A stretch of 23,439 bases of DNA from a virus (Duplodnaviria; Heunggongvirae; Uroviricota; Caudoviricetes), in the IMG/VR virus record IMGVR_UViG_3300045988_013110, positions 1 through 23,439 of that record; one strand, written 5' to 3'. The position numbers were made by a program, and so were the translations under genes. Positions 14,628-23,439 of this stretch are shown here, in pieces. The notes beneath the pieces are model-generated. The model made no database searches. It was given only the letters and a program-made list of their open reading frames with translations, and had not been told where the DNA came from. Numbering within the stretch: the first letter of the stretch is position 1; each line of letters opens with the position of its first letter.

Positions 14628-16307
14628 ATGGCGGAAACAACTAAAGAGCGATTGAACAAACAGTTCGCACAACTTGAAAGCGAGCGTCAGTCGTTCGAGC
14701 CGCACTGGCGCGAGTTGAGTGATTACATCAACCCGCGTGGTTCCCGCTTTCTGACTTCTGAGGTTAACCGTAACGATCGACGCAATACACGCATTATTGA
14801 TTCGACCGGGACTATGGCGGCGCGCACTCTCGCCAGCGGCATGATGTCAGGCATCACAAGCCCCGCGCGTCCGTGGTTTCGCCTGGCTACGCCAGATCCT
14901 GAAATGATGGATTATGGCCCTGTTAAGTTGTGGCTTGAGGCGGTGCAGAACCGCATGAACGATATGTTCAATAAGTCGAATCTCTATCAGTCGCTGCCGC
15001 AGTTATACGGAAGCCTCGGCACATACAGCACTGGTGCAATGGCAGTGCTGGAGGATGACGAGGACATCATTCGCACAATGCCATTCCCGATAGGCAGTTA
15101 CTACCTGGCTAACTCACCTCGTGGCAGTGTGGACACCTGTTTTCGCAAGTTCTCTATGACTGTTCGTCAGCTTGTTCAGGAGTTCGGGCTAAATAACGTC
15201 AGCGAATCCGTAAAAAGCATGTGGGAAAGCGGAACCTACGAGAAGTGGATTGAAGTGATGCATTCGGTTTACCCGAACATTGACCGCGATACATCGAAGC
15301 TGGATAGCAAGAACAAGCCATTCAAATCGGTTTATTACGAGGTTGGTGGCGATAACGACAAGTTGTTGCGTGAGTCCGGATTCGATGAGTTTCCAATTAT
15401 GGCTCCGCGCTGGGAAGTTAACGGCGAAGATGTTTATGGATCATCATGCCCGGGTATGCTGGCGCTTGGACCTGTTAAGGCATTGCAGCTTCTCCAGAAG
15501 CGCAAGTCGCAGTTGATTGATAAAGCCACCAATCCGCCGATGGTTGCTCCGAATTCCCTCAAGAATCAGCGTGCCTCCCTTCTTCCTGGCGACATCACGT
15601 ATATCGATCAGATTACTGGTCAGGATGGTTTCAGGCCTGCTTATCTGGTTAACCCCAGTACAGCAGATTTGGTGGCAGACATTCAGGACACCCGTCAAAT
15701 CATTAACAGCGCCTACTTTGTCGATCTGTTCATGATGTTGCAGAACATCAATACCCGCTCGATGCCTGTTGAAGCGGTGATCGAAATGAAAGAAGAAAAA
15801 CTTCTGATGTTGGGGCCGGTTCTGGAGCGTCTGAACGACGAATGTCTTAATCCTCTCATTGACCGCGCTTTCTCGATGATGGTGCGTAAAAACATGCTGC
15901 CGCCACCGCCTGACGCGATGGAAGGTATGCCCCTGAAGGTCGAATACATTTCCGTCATGGCTCAGGCGCAGAAGTCTATCGGCCTGTCCAGTCTGGCGTC
16001 TACGGTCAACTTCATTGGTCAACTTGCGCAAGCGAAACCAGAAGCTCTCGACAAACTCAACGTTGATCAGGCGATCGATGCATTCGCTGATATGTCCGGA
16101 GTGTCTCCAACCGTCATTGTTCCGCAGGAACAGGTTGAGCAGGCTCGCCAGCAACGGGCACAGCAACAACAGCAGCAACAAATGATGGCGATGGGGATGG
16201 CGGCGGCACAGGGTGCCAAGACGCTAAGCGAAGCTAAAACTTCGGATCCGAGTGTTTTGTCAGCTATGGCGAATGCAGTTAGTGGTCAGGGTGGGCAATC
16301 ACAATGA
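14628..16307 (+). CDS. portal / head-to-tail connector (podovirus, T7 gp8-like)
   Basis: 559 aa. N-terminus and Gln/Ala/Met-rich C-terminus (QQQQQQQMMAMGMAAAQGA...) resemble the T7 connector by recollection. Confidence 0.8.
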   Translation: MAETTKERLNKQFAQLESERQSFEPHWRELSDYINPRGSRFLTSEVNRNDRRNTRIIDSTGTMAARTLASGMMSGITSPARPWFRLATPDPEMMDYGPVKLWLEAVQNRMNDMFNKSNLYQSLPQLYGSLGTYSTGAMAVLEDDEDIIRTMPFPIGSYYLANSPRGSVDTCFRKFSMTVRQLVQEFGLNNVSESVKSMWESGTYEKWIEVMHSVYPNIDRDTSKLDSKNKPFKSVYYEVGGDNDKLLRESGFDEFPIMAPRWEVNGEDVYGSSCPGMLALGPVKALQLLQKRKSQLIDKATNPPMVAPNSLKNQRASLLPGDITYIDQITGQDGFRPAYLVNPSTADLVADIQDTRQIINSAYFVDLFMMLQNINTRSMPVEAVIEMKEEKLLMLGPVLERLNDECLNPLIDRAFSMMVRKNMLPPPPDAMEGMPLKVEYISVMAQAQKSIGLSSLASTVNFIGQLAQAKPEALDKLNVDQAIDAFADMSGVSPTVIVPQEQVEQARQQRAQQQQQQQMMAMGMAAAQGAKTLSEAKTSDPSVLSAMANAVSGQGGQSQ

Positions 16308-16600
16308 CAGATTACGAAGACGATCAACTGAAAGAAGAAAACGCCCGTAAGCAACGTGACATGGCGCAGCGTGAAATTGATGACATTCGCTTTGTCATGA
16401 GCAGTGAACAGGGGCGTCGCGTTGTCTGGTCGGTGCTGGAGAAAGGCCGTGTGTTTTCCGCTATCTCACCGATGGACGCTATGGCAATGGCATTTAATGA
16501 GGGGCAACGCAATCTGGCGCTGGAACTGTTTCAGCGCGTTATGGCGCATTGCCCTGAACAGTATTTGAAGATGGCCAAAGAGGCCAGTGAACAGGAGTGA
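16304..16600 (+). CDS. hypothetical head-assembly-region protein
   Basis: 98 aa; start overlaps the portal stop (ATGA). Confidence 0.45.
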   Translation: MTDYEDDQLKEENARKQRDMAQREIDDIRFVMSSEQGRRVVWSVLEKGRVFSAISPMDAMAMAFNEGQRNLALELFQRVMAHCPEQYLKMAKEASEQE

Positions 16601-16602
16601 TC

Positions 16603-17298
16603 ATGAATTTATTTGAGCGTTTGCTGTATCGCCGTCTTTGCAATGAGCAACCAGTCGATGGTGGAGCAGCTCCGGCTGCGTCAGAACCGTCAGCGCCTGC
16701 AGGTGATAACCCTGCTCCAGTTGGTGATCCATCACAACAGGAAGGTGATAAGCCACAACCTGTTGCTGATGGCGATAAACCTGCTGATGACAAAAAGCCT
16801 GAAAACGATAAGCAGGATGAAAAAAAGGACGGCGATAAACCAGAGGGTGCGCCTGAAAAGTACGAGTTTCAGGCTGCCGAAGGCGTAGAGCTGGATACAG
16901 AAGCGTTGAAGGAATTCGAGCCGGTGGCGCGAGAACTAAACCTGACCAACGAGCAAGCGCAAAAGCTGGTTGATGCTTATCCGAAGATTCTGGCAGGTGT
17001 TCAGCAGCGCCAGGCAGAAGCCTGGCAGAAAACAACCGAGCAGTGGGCAGCGGATGTAAAAGCCGACAAAGAAATCGGTGGCGACAAGTTGATTTCTAAC
17101 CTTAGCGCCGCACAGCGTGCGCTTGACCAGTTCGGGACACCTGAACTCAAAGAATATCTGAACACCACCGGGCTGGGTAATCACCCTGATCTGGTCAAAA
17201 CGTTCGTGAAAATCGGAAAGGCGATGTCTGAAGATGGCATGGTCACCGGTGGTAATGAAGGCCAGTGTAGTGCGGCCGAAGTGCTCTATGGCAAATAA
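16603..17298 (+). CDS. putative scaffolding protein
   Basis: Acidic, Pro/Asp/Lys-rich low-complexity N-terminus and helical C-terminus; sits between portal and capsid genes. AGGAG Shine-Dalgarno before ATG 16603. Confidence 0.55.
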   Translation: MNLFERLLYRRLCNEQPVDGGAAPAASEPSAPAGDNPAPVGDPSQQEGDKPQPVADGDKPADDKKPENDKQDEKKDGDKPEGAPEKYEFQAAEGVELDTEALKEFEPVARELNLTNEQAQKLVDAYPKILAGVQQRQAEAWQKTTEQWAADVKADKEIGGDKLISNLSAAQRALDQFGTPELKEYLNTTGLGNHPDLVKTFVKIGKAMSEDGMVTGGNEGQCSAAEVLYGK

Positions 17299-17312
17299 GA
17301 GAGGAAATGACA

Positions 17313-18299
17313 ATGGCTGTTAAAGGCTTAACTGCGCTAACGCTGGCTGACTGGGGTAAGCGCGTCGATCCAAACGGGAAAGTCGATAAGATTATCGAGC
17401 TTCTCGGTCAAACTAACCCGATCCTTCAGGATATGCCTTTTGTCGAAGGGAACCTTCCTACCGGACACCGAACCACCATTCGTTCTGGTTTACCTTCAGC
17501 TACCTGGCGTTTGCTGAACTATGGCGTACAGCCAAGCAAATCAACCACAGTGCAGGTAACCGATTCCGTTGGCATGCTGGAAACCTATGCTGAAGTCGAT
17601 AAGTCACTGGCTGATCTGAACGGCAATACCGCTGAATTCCGCCTGTCTGAAGACCGCGCATTTATTGAAGCGATGAATCAGCAGATGGCGCAGACGCTGT
17701 TTTATGGTGATTCCAGCGTTAACCCTCAGCAGTTTATGGGACTGTCCTCCCGCTATTCCAGCCTGTCTGCGGGTAATGCTCAGAACATCATTGATGCTGG
17801 TGGCACGGGTACAGATAACACCTCAATCTGGTTAGTGGTGTGGGGCGAAAACACCGTGCATGGCATCTTCCCGAAAGGGAAGAAGGCTGGCATCCAGATG
17901 GAAGATAAAGGCCAGGTGACACTGGAAGATGCTAATGGCGGCAAGTACGAAGGTTATCGCACCCATTACAAATGGGACAACGGACTTGCTCTGCGTGACT
18001 GGCGTTATGTTGTTCGCATTGCAAACATCGATGTCAGCAATCTTTCAGAACCATCCTCTGCCGCAAATATTGCCAAGTTGATGGTTAAGGCACTGCATCG
18101 CATTCCAAACCGTGGCATGGGCCGCCCGGTGTTCTACATGAACCGCACTGTAGGCCAGGCTCTTGATCTGCAATCTCTGGAGAAAACATCTCTGGCTATC
18201 AGCGTAAAAGAGACTGAAGGCGAGTGGTGGACTTCATTCCGTGGTGTACCAATCCGTGAAACTGATGCGCTTCTGGAAACAGAAGCCCGCGTGGTGTAA
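17313..18299 (+). CDS. major capsid protein
   Basis: About 328 aa after the scaffold gene; AGAGGA Shine-Dalgarno 8 nt before ATG 17313; a stable hairpin and a terminator follow the capsid block. Confidence 0.65.
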   Translation: MAVKGLTALTLADWGKRVDPNGKVDKIIELLGQTNPILQDMPFVEGNLPTGHRTTIRSGLPSATWRLLNYGVQPSKSTTVQVTDSVGMLETYAEVDKSLADLNGNTAEFRLSEDRAFIEAMNQQMAQTLFYGDSSVNPQQFMGLSSRYSSLSAGNAQNIIDAGGTGTDNTSIWLVVWGENTVHGIFPKGKKAGIQMEDKGQVTLEDANGGKYEGYRTHYKWDNGLALRDWRYVVRIANIDVSNLSEPSSAANIAKLMVKALHRIPNRGMGRPVFYMNRTVGQALDLQSLEKTSLAISVKETEGEWWTSFRGVPIRETDALLETEARVV

Positions 18300-18350
18300 C
18301 GCCTGTTATTAACCTGTGGGTCGTAACAGACCCACTAATGGAGAAAGAAG

Positions 18351-18788
18351 ATGATCACCGACAAACTGTTGATGTTCTCCGAAGCTCAGGCGGTTACGAA
18401 TACCGCGGCTTCTACTGACGTAATCGATCTCGGTCCAATTGACGGAAAACGTCGTGATATCGGCGTGGGTTACCCGCTTGAGTTTTGGGCGCTGGTTAAC
18501 GCAGCCGCCGCGGCAAGCGGTGATGCAACTGTAAACATCCAGTTGCAGACGAGTGAGAATAACAGCTCATGGACCACTATTTATGATAGTGGCGCACTGG
18601 CAAAGACCGCCCTGACAGCAGGTAAACGAGTTGTTTCTGCAAAGGTGCCTGCCGGTGTTCAGCGATATCTGCGTGTTAACTACTCCGTCGCAACTGGCCC
18701 ACTAACGGCTGGCAAATTCACTGCGGGTATCAGTCTGGATGTTGATGCCAATACGCCGTACCCGATCCGCTCAAAAGTAACTGGTTAA
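18351..18788 (+). CDS. hypothetical virion protein (possible capsid decoration protein)
   Basis: 145 aa, Ala/Thr/Val-rich; assignment by position only. Confidence 0.4.
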   Translation: MITDKLLMFSEAQAVTNTAASTDVIDLGPIDGKRRDIGVGYPLEFWALVNAAAAASGDATVNIQLQTSENNSSWTTIYDSGALAKTALTAGKRVVSAKVPAGVQRYLRVNYSVATGPLTAGKFTAGISLDVDANTPYPIRSKVTG

Positions 18789-18798
18789 GGTGATATCG

Positions 18799-19134
18799 AT
18801 GTCAGGTGAGAAACCAAGATACCGCGTTCTGCGCCTCTCTCATATCCATAACACTCTGTGGCCGGAGGGGGCAGAAATCGAATACGAAGGTGAGCCTGGT
18901 AGCGCACTGGAACCTGTTAACGATGCAGCCAGACAGGCAAAAGCAAAAGTTGCAGGAAAGGTGTCAATGGCAGCAACCAGCACCAAAATCATCAACGATA
19001 TGTCAGATGATGGTGAACTGGATAAGCTCCGTGAAGAGTACGAATTGCTCTTTAACGAGAAGCCACACCATAACGCCAAAGCAGAAACGCTACGCGAGAA
19101 GATCGCAGATAAGCGTAAAGAACTGGGCGTGTAA
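18799..19134 (+). CDS. hypothetical protein
   Basis: AGGTGA Shine-Dalgarno 6 nt before ATG 18799; followed by a terminator. Confidence 0.45.
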   Translation: MSGEKPRYRVLRLSHIHNTLWPEGAEIEYEGEPGSALEPVNDAARQAKAKVAGKVSMAATSTKIINDMSDDGELDKLREEYELLFNEKPHHNAKAETLREKIADKRKELGV

Positions 19135-19150
19135 GCCTCGCGAATCAGAC

Positions 19151-19172
19151 AAGGGGCTTCGGCCCCTTTATT
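19151..19172 (+). terminator. rho-independent terminator after the capsid block
   Basis: Stem AAGGGGC / GCCCCTT with TTCG tetraloop, followed by TATT. Confidence 0.55.
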
Positions 19173-19190
19173 GCAGGAGTATAGAAACTT

Positions 19191-19796
19191 ATGGCCTCTG
19201 TAGTAGAGATCTGCAATCGTGCGCTGTCCAATATTGGCAACAGCCGCAGTATTAACAGCCTGACGGAAGCCAGCAAGGAAGCAGGGGAATGTTCGCTGCA
19301 CTTTGAGGCCTGCCGTGATGCTGTGCTTTCTGATTTTGACTGGAACTTTGCTACCAAACGCGTGGCGCTTGCAGATACGAGCAATCCACCGCCTGACTGG
19401 GAATATGCGTACCAGTACCCGTCCGATTGTCTGCGCATTACTGAAATTATGCTTCCTGGTGTACGCAATCCAACAGCAGCAATGCGCGTTCAGTACGAAG
19501 TTGGTGCAGACACCAACGGAACAGGAAAGTTGATCTACACAGACCAGCCGCAGGCATGGCTCAAGTATGTATCTCGCGTTTCAGATGTAAACATGTTTGA
19601 TGCCATTTTTATGGAGGCGCTGGCCTGGCGTCTTGCGGCAGCCATTAACATGGCGCTGACTGGGAATGCGGATCTCGGTACATTTGCTCTCAATATGTAC
19701 AATCGCGTGATTCTTAGTGCTGGCTCGCATAGCCAGAATGAATCACAGGAACCACAGCCACCGGTTGACGAGTTTACCATTGCGAGGTTGTCCTGA
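19191..19796 (+). CDS. tail tubular protein A-like (T7 gp11-like)
   Basis: 201 aa; N-terminal pattern VVEICNRALSNIGNSRSINSL is similar to the gp11 N-terminus by recollection; size and position before the gp12-like gene fit. Confidence 0.55.
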   Translation: MASVVEICNRALSNIGNSRSINSLTEASKEAGECSLHFEACRDAVLSDFDWNFATKRVALADTSNPPPDWEYAYQYPSDCLRITEIMLPGVRNPTAAMRVQYEVGADTNGTGKLIYTDQPQAWLKYVSRVSDVNMFDAIFMEALAWRLAAAINMALTGNADLGTFALNMYNRVILSAGSHSQNESQEPQPPVDEFTIARLS

Positions 19797-22267
19797 TGGC
19801 TATCAGTTGGATCCAGCCCAGCTTTGCCGGTGGTGAGATTGGACCGTCGTTGTACGGGCGTATTGACATGGCGAAGTACCAGGTGGCATTGCGCAAGTGC
19901 GATAACTTTATCGTGCGGCAGTATGGCGGCGTTGAGAATCGACCAGGTACGCGTTTTGTCGGTGCCGCCAAATACCCAAATCGGAAATGCCGCCTGATCC
20001 CGTTCCAGTTCTCGACGGTTCAGACCTATGCTCTGGAGTTCGGACACCAGTACATGCGCGTTATCAAAGATGGTGCGTTGGTGCTGAACAGCAGCAATGT
20101 TATTTATGAAATTGCCACGCCATATACTGAAGCCGATCTGTTCCGAATTAAATTCACGCAAAGCGCCGACGTGCTTACGCTTGTTCATCCGGCATACCCG
20201 CCGAAAGAGTTGCGTCGCTATGCGCATGACAACTGGCAACTGGTTGATGTGGTAACGAAGAACGGACCATTTGAAGATATCAATATTGACGAGTCAGTGA
20301 CGGTTTATGCCAGCGCCAGCACCGGGACAATTACGTTAACGGCAAGCGCCTCTATTTTTGGCGCGGAGCAGGTAGGCAAATTGTTCTATCTGGAACAGCC
20401 TGCAGTGGATTCTGTGCCGGTATGGGAAACCAGTAAGAGTACGTCAATTGGCGATATTCGCCGTGCAGACAGTAACTACTATCGCGCCGTTACAGTAGGC
20501 AAAACAGGCACTTTGCGCCCTTCGCATACAGAAGGCACATCATGGGATGGCTGGGGCGGATCCGGTGATGATGATACCGGCATTGAGTGGGAGTATCTGC
20601 ACAGTGGTTTTGGCATTGCCCGTATCTCTGCTGCAAATGGAACTACTGCAACTGCCGAGGTGATTTCCTATATCCCTTCGCAGGTAGTTGGCGAGGATAA
20701 TGCCAGCTATAAATGGGCTAAATATGCCTGGAACAGTGTTAATGGTTATCCTGGCACTGTTGTTTATTATCAACAACGTCTTTACTTCGCCGCATCGACT
20801 GCGTTTCCTCAGACTATCTGGGCCAGCCGTACCGGGGATTATAAGGATTTTGGCAAAAGCAATCCTACGCAGGATGACGACAGAATTATCTACACCTATG
20901 CCGGGCGTCAGGTTAATGAGATCCGCCACCTGATTGATGTTGGTTCGCTGGTGGCGCTGACTTCCGGAGGTGAGTACGTCATCACTGGCGACCAGAACAA
21001 AGTGCTTACCCCATCATCATTTGCATTCAGCTCTCAGGGATCAAATGGCTCGAGCAATGTCCCACCAATTGCCGTGGCGAATATTGCTCTGTTCGTCCAG
21101 GAGAAAGGCAGTGTTGTCCGTGATCTGGCCTACTCATTCGATGTTGACGGCTATCAGGGGAACGACCTTACTATCCTTGCCAATCATCTTTTTCAGAAGC
21201 ACAGCATTGTTGACTGGTGCTTCTCAATAGTCCCTTACTCCAGCGCCTTCTGCATCCGTGATGACGGTAAATTACTGGTGATGACCTATTTGCGTGATCA
21301 GCAGGTTTTTGCATGGGCACCACAATCCAGTACCGGAAAATATGAAAGCACATGCAGTATCAGCGAAGGCAATGAAGATGCGGTGTATTTCGTCGTTAAC
21401 CGAACCGTTAACGGGCAAACAGTGAGATACATCGAGCGACTGTCCAGCCGTTTATTTACCAGCGATGAAGATGCTTTCTTTGTTGATTCTGGCCTTAGCT
21501 ATGATGGAAGAAATACGTCTGACAGAACGATGATCATCACTGGTGGTTCTGGCGAATGGGATTACCGCGCGGAATATACAATCAGTGTTTCTGGTGGTGC
21601 GTACTTCACCAGTAGTGATGTCGGCGCGCAACTACAGTTCCCTTATACCGGAACTGATCCTGATACTGGCGATGAGGTGTCAAAAGAATTACGTTGCGAC
21701 ATTATTTCTGTAACCAGCAATACCGCTGTAGTGGTTCGTGCTAACAGGAACGTCCCGCCATCCCTCAGGAATGTGGCCACCACGAACTGGCAGATGGCGC
21801 GCCGGACATTTGGAGGCCTGTCTCATCTTGAAGGCCAGACCGTAAACATTCTCTCTGATGCGAACGTGGAACCACAGAAAGTTGTTTCCGGAGGTGCCGT
21901 CACGCTGGAATCTCCGGGGGCTGTTGTGCACATCGGCCTGCCAATAACTGCTGAATTCGAAACACTGGATATCAACATTAACGGACAGGAAACGCTGCTG
22001 GACAAAAAACAGGTGATCCCCTCCGTTACTCTGGTTGTGAATGCCAGTCGCGGCATCTGGGCGACTACGCCCGGCGGCAAATGGTACGAATATCCACAGC
22101 GTGAATTCGAGTTCTACGATGATCCTGTTGATGATGCTACCGGAAAAGTAGAAGTGAAACTGGACAGTAACTGGGGCAAAAACGGACGTGTAAAAATCCG
22201 TCAGCTTGATCCGTTGCCGCTGTCTGTTCTTGCCGTTATTCCTCGCCTTACTGTTGGTGGGTTCTGA
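19796..22267 (+). CDS. tail tubular protein B-like (T7 gp12-like)
   Basis: 823 aa; N-terminal ISWIQPSFAGGEIGPSLYGRI...GVENRPGTRFV resembles gp12 by recollection; start overlaps the upstream stop (TGATG). Confidence 0.6.
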   Translation: MAISWIQPSFAGGEIGPSLYGRIDMAKYQVALRKCDNFIVRQYGGVENRPGTRFVGAAKYPNRKCRLIPFQFSTVQTYALEFGHQYMRVIKDGALVLNSSNVIYEIATPYTEADLFRIKFTQSADVLTLVHPAYPPKELRRYAHDNWQLVDVVTKNGPFEDINIDESVTVYASASTGTITLTASASIFGAEQVGKLFYLEQPAVDSVPVWETSKSTSIGDIRRADSNYYRAVTVGKTGTLRPSHTEGTSWDGWGGSGDDDTGIEWEYLHSGFGIARISAANGTTATAEVISYIPSQVVGEDNASYKWAKYAWNSVNGYPGTVVYYQQRLYFAASTAFPQTIWASRTGDYKDFGKSNPTQDDDRIIYTYAGRQVNEIRHLIDVGSLVALTSGGEYVITGDQNKVLTPSSFAFSSQGSNGSSNVPPIAVANIALFVQEKGSVVRDLAYSFDVDGYQGNDLTILANHLFQKHSIVDWCFSIVPYSSAFCIRDDGKLLVMTYLRDQQVFAWAPQSSTGKYESTCSISEGNEDAVYFVVNRTVNGQTVRYIERLSSRLFTSDEDAFFVDSGLSYDGRNTSDRTMIITGGSGEWDYRAEYTISVSGGAYFTSSDVGAQLQFPYTGTDPDTGDEVSKELRCDIISVTSNTAVVVRANRNVPPSLRNVATTNWQMARRTFGGLSHLEGQTVNILSDANVEPQKVVSGGAVTLESPGAVVHIGLPITAEFETLDININGQETLLDKKQVIPSVTLVVNASRGIWATTPGGKWYEYPQREFEFYDDPVDDATGKVEVKLDSNWGKNGRVKIRQLDPLPLSVLAVIPRLTVGGF

Positions 22268-22731
22268 TGATCGATGTTCAAATTATTCCCGCAACCGAAG
22301 AGCATCTTCAGATGATTTTGCCGGATGTTCGTCAGGCTGATATTGACGAACTGTATGCGGTATCACTGATGACTACCGAAGATGCGCTGCGTGTTGGTCT
22401 TCGCACTGCGACTATGGCCTGGTCAGGATTTGCGAACGGAGAACTGGTAACCATGTTTGGCGTATCTCCGGCGTCAATGATCGGTGGCAATGGTACGCCC
22501 TGGCTGGTAGGAACCAGCCGTATTGAAAAATATCAGAAGACATTTCTTCGCCACTGCCGCCCTGTATTGCAGCAGATGCTGGCAGTTTATCCGCGCCTGG
22601 AAAACTACGTCGACGAGCGAAACCATGTTGCCAAAGCATGGCTGCACTGGCTTGGATTCAGGCTTGAAGAAGCCGCGCCTTATGGTGCTCTTGGTCTTAA
22701 TTTCCACAGATTTCACATGGAGAGAAAATAA
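22267..22731 (+). CDS. hypothetical virion-associated protein (gp13 position)
   Basis: 154 aa; start overlaps the upstream stop. Assignment by position only. Confidence 0.4.
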   Translation: MIDVQIIPATEEHLQMILPDVRQADIDELYAVSLMTTEDALRVGLRTATMAWSGFANGELVTMFGVSPASMIGGNGTPWLVGTSRIEKYQKTFLRHCRPVLQQMLAVYPRLENYVDERNHVAKAWLHWLGFRLEEAAPYGALGLNFHRFHMERK

Positions 22732-23276
22732 TGTGCGATCCGGTTATTGCTGGTGGCGCAATGCTCGCCATGAGTGGCATTCAGGCATACACCCAGTACC
22801 AACAGGGAAAGTATGCCTCGAAGGTTGCAGAAGCGAACGCAGATATAGCCACAGCTCAGGCAAATGATGCAATAAACAGAGGTAACGCTGAAGCTGAGCA
22901 ACGGCGCAGAGAGACCCGACAGCGGCTTGGTACACAGGCGGCGACAATGGGGGCTACCGGCGCTGATTTATCTACAGGTAACGCGCTGGATATATTTGGT
23001 GACACTGCTCAGTTCGGCGCTCTTGATTCGCTGACGACGGTGAATAACGCGCAACGCGAGGCTTACGGTTATCAGGTTCAGGCTGCCAACTATAAAGCAG
23101 AAGCCAGTTCAGCCCGTAAACAGGGGAATGTGGGAGCAGCAACAACATTGCTCACTGCGCCTCTGAAGGCATACGGTGCGTACCAGATGTTTGGTGGGAC
23201 GTGGAGTCCGTTTACTCAAAGCACTCCTGCGCCAATCGGGGCAGCAGCAGGAACCAGATTACCCGGAGGATTATAA
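22731..23276 (+). CDS. putative internal virion / ejection protein
   Basis: 181 aa, Ala/Gln/Gly-rich with a hydrophobic N-terminal stretch; GGAGAG Shine-Dalgarno. Assignment by position and composition. Confidence 0.4.
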   Translation: MCDPVIAGGAMLAMSGIQAYTQYQQGKYASKVAEANADIATAQANDAINRGNAEAEQRRRETRQRLGTQAATMGATGADLSTGNALDIFGDTAQFGALDSLTTVNNAQREAYGYQVQAANYKAEASSARKQGNVGAATTLLTAPLKAYGAYQMFGGTWSPFTQSTPAPIGAAAGTRLPGGL

Positions 23277-23439
23277 TGCCAGTCGTACCAACAGTATCCG
23301 GACGCCAGGTGCAAAGTCGTGGTGTGCAAACCGGTGGTTTTCAGACCTTCGATGTTCCTCAAGCAGGTCAGGTGCTGGCGAATGTCGCAGATCAGTATGC
23401 GGTGGCATATGGTGAAGCCAGGCAGAAAGCGAATGTTGC
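23276..23439 (+). CDS. partial CDS (N-terminal fragment) of the next virion protein
   Basis: ATG 23276 overlaps the upstream stop (TAATG), preceded by GGAGGA; open frame MPVVPTVSGRQVQSRGVQTGGF... runs off the window end. Confidence 0.5.
   Translation, partial: MPVVPTVSGRQVQSRGVQTGGFQTFDVPQAGQVLANVADQYAVAYGEARQKANV

Noticed and set aside
15444-16181. 245-aa minus-strand ORF inside the portal gene
   Set aside because: It is entirely antisense to a well-supported portal CDS, has no Shine-Dalgarno context and a low-complexity Leu/Arg-rich product; a typical shadow ORF.
19535-20239. 234-aa minus-strand ORF overlapping the tail tubular A/B genes
   Set aside because: Antisense to two coupled structural genes with no ribosome-binding context; judged spurious.
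1-23439. CRISPR arrays, rRNA genes, IS elements, LexA boxes
   Set aside because: No regularly spaced direct repeats with unique spacers, no rRNA-like segments and no transposase ORF with terminal inverted repeats were seen; CTGT-N8-ACAG was not found near the switch on a by-eye scan, which is not exhaustive.

Overview
This window is the left and central part of a temperate, mosaic prophage; all calls below come from reading the sequence and the ORF track, with no database searches run. Left to right: a P4-type tyrosine integrase; a leftward early operon (small ORF, possible Gam-like protein, RecE-type exonuclease, RecT-family annealase, AlpA-like excisionase, Dam-like N6-adenine methyltransferase, small coupled ORFs); a lambda-like immunity switch (two-HTH repressor, divergent Cro-like gene); replication genes (iteron-bearing initiator, lambda P-like helicase loader); a block of small middle genes; small and large terminase; a reverse-strand island carrying a beta-helix repeat protein and a tRNA-Arg(UCU); then a podovirus (T7-like) virion module running off the right edge. 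The strongest unexplained signal is a 15-bp palindrome, TTACC-N5-GGTAA, that is clustered at the immunity switch and recurs upstream of the integrase, replication, middle, packaging and virion operons, twice in pairs exactly 62 bp apart. Together with a repressor lacking an obvious self-cleavage domain and the absence of any Q-like antiterminator or lysis cassette before the terminase genes, this suggests a repressor network that controls late operons directly. No CRISPR array, rRNA or IS element was seen.
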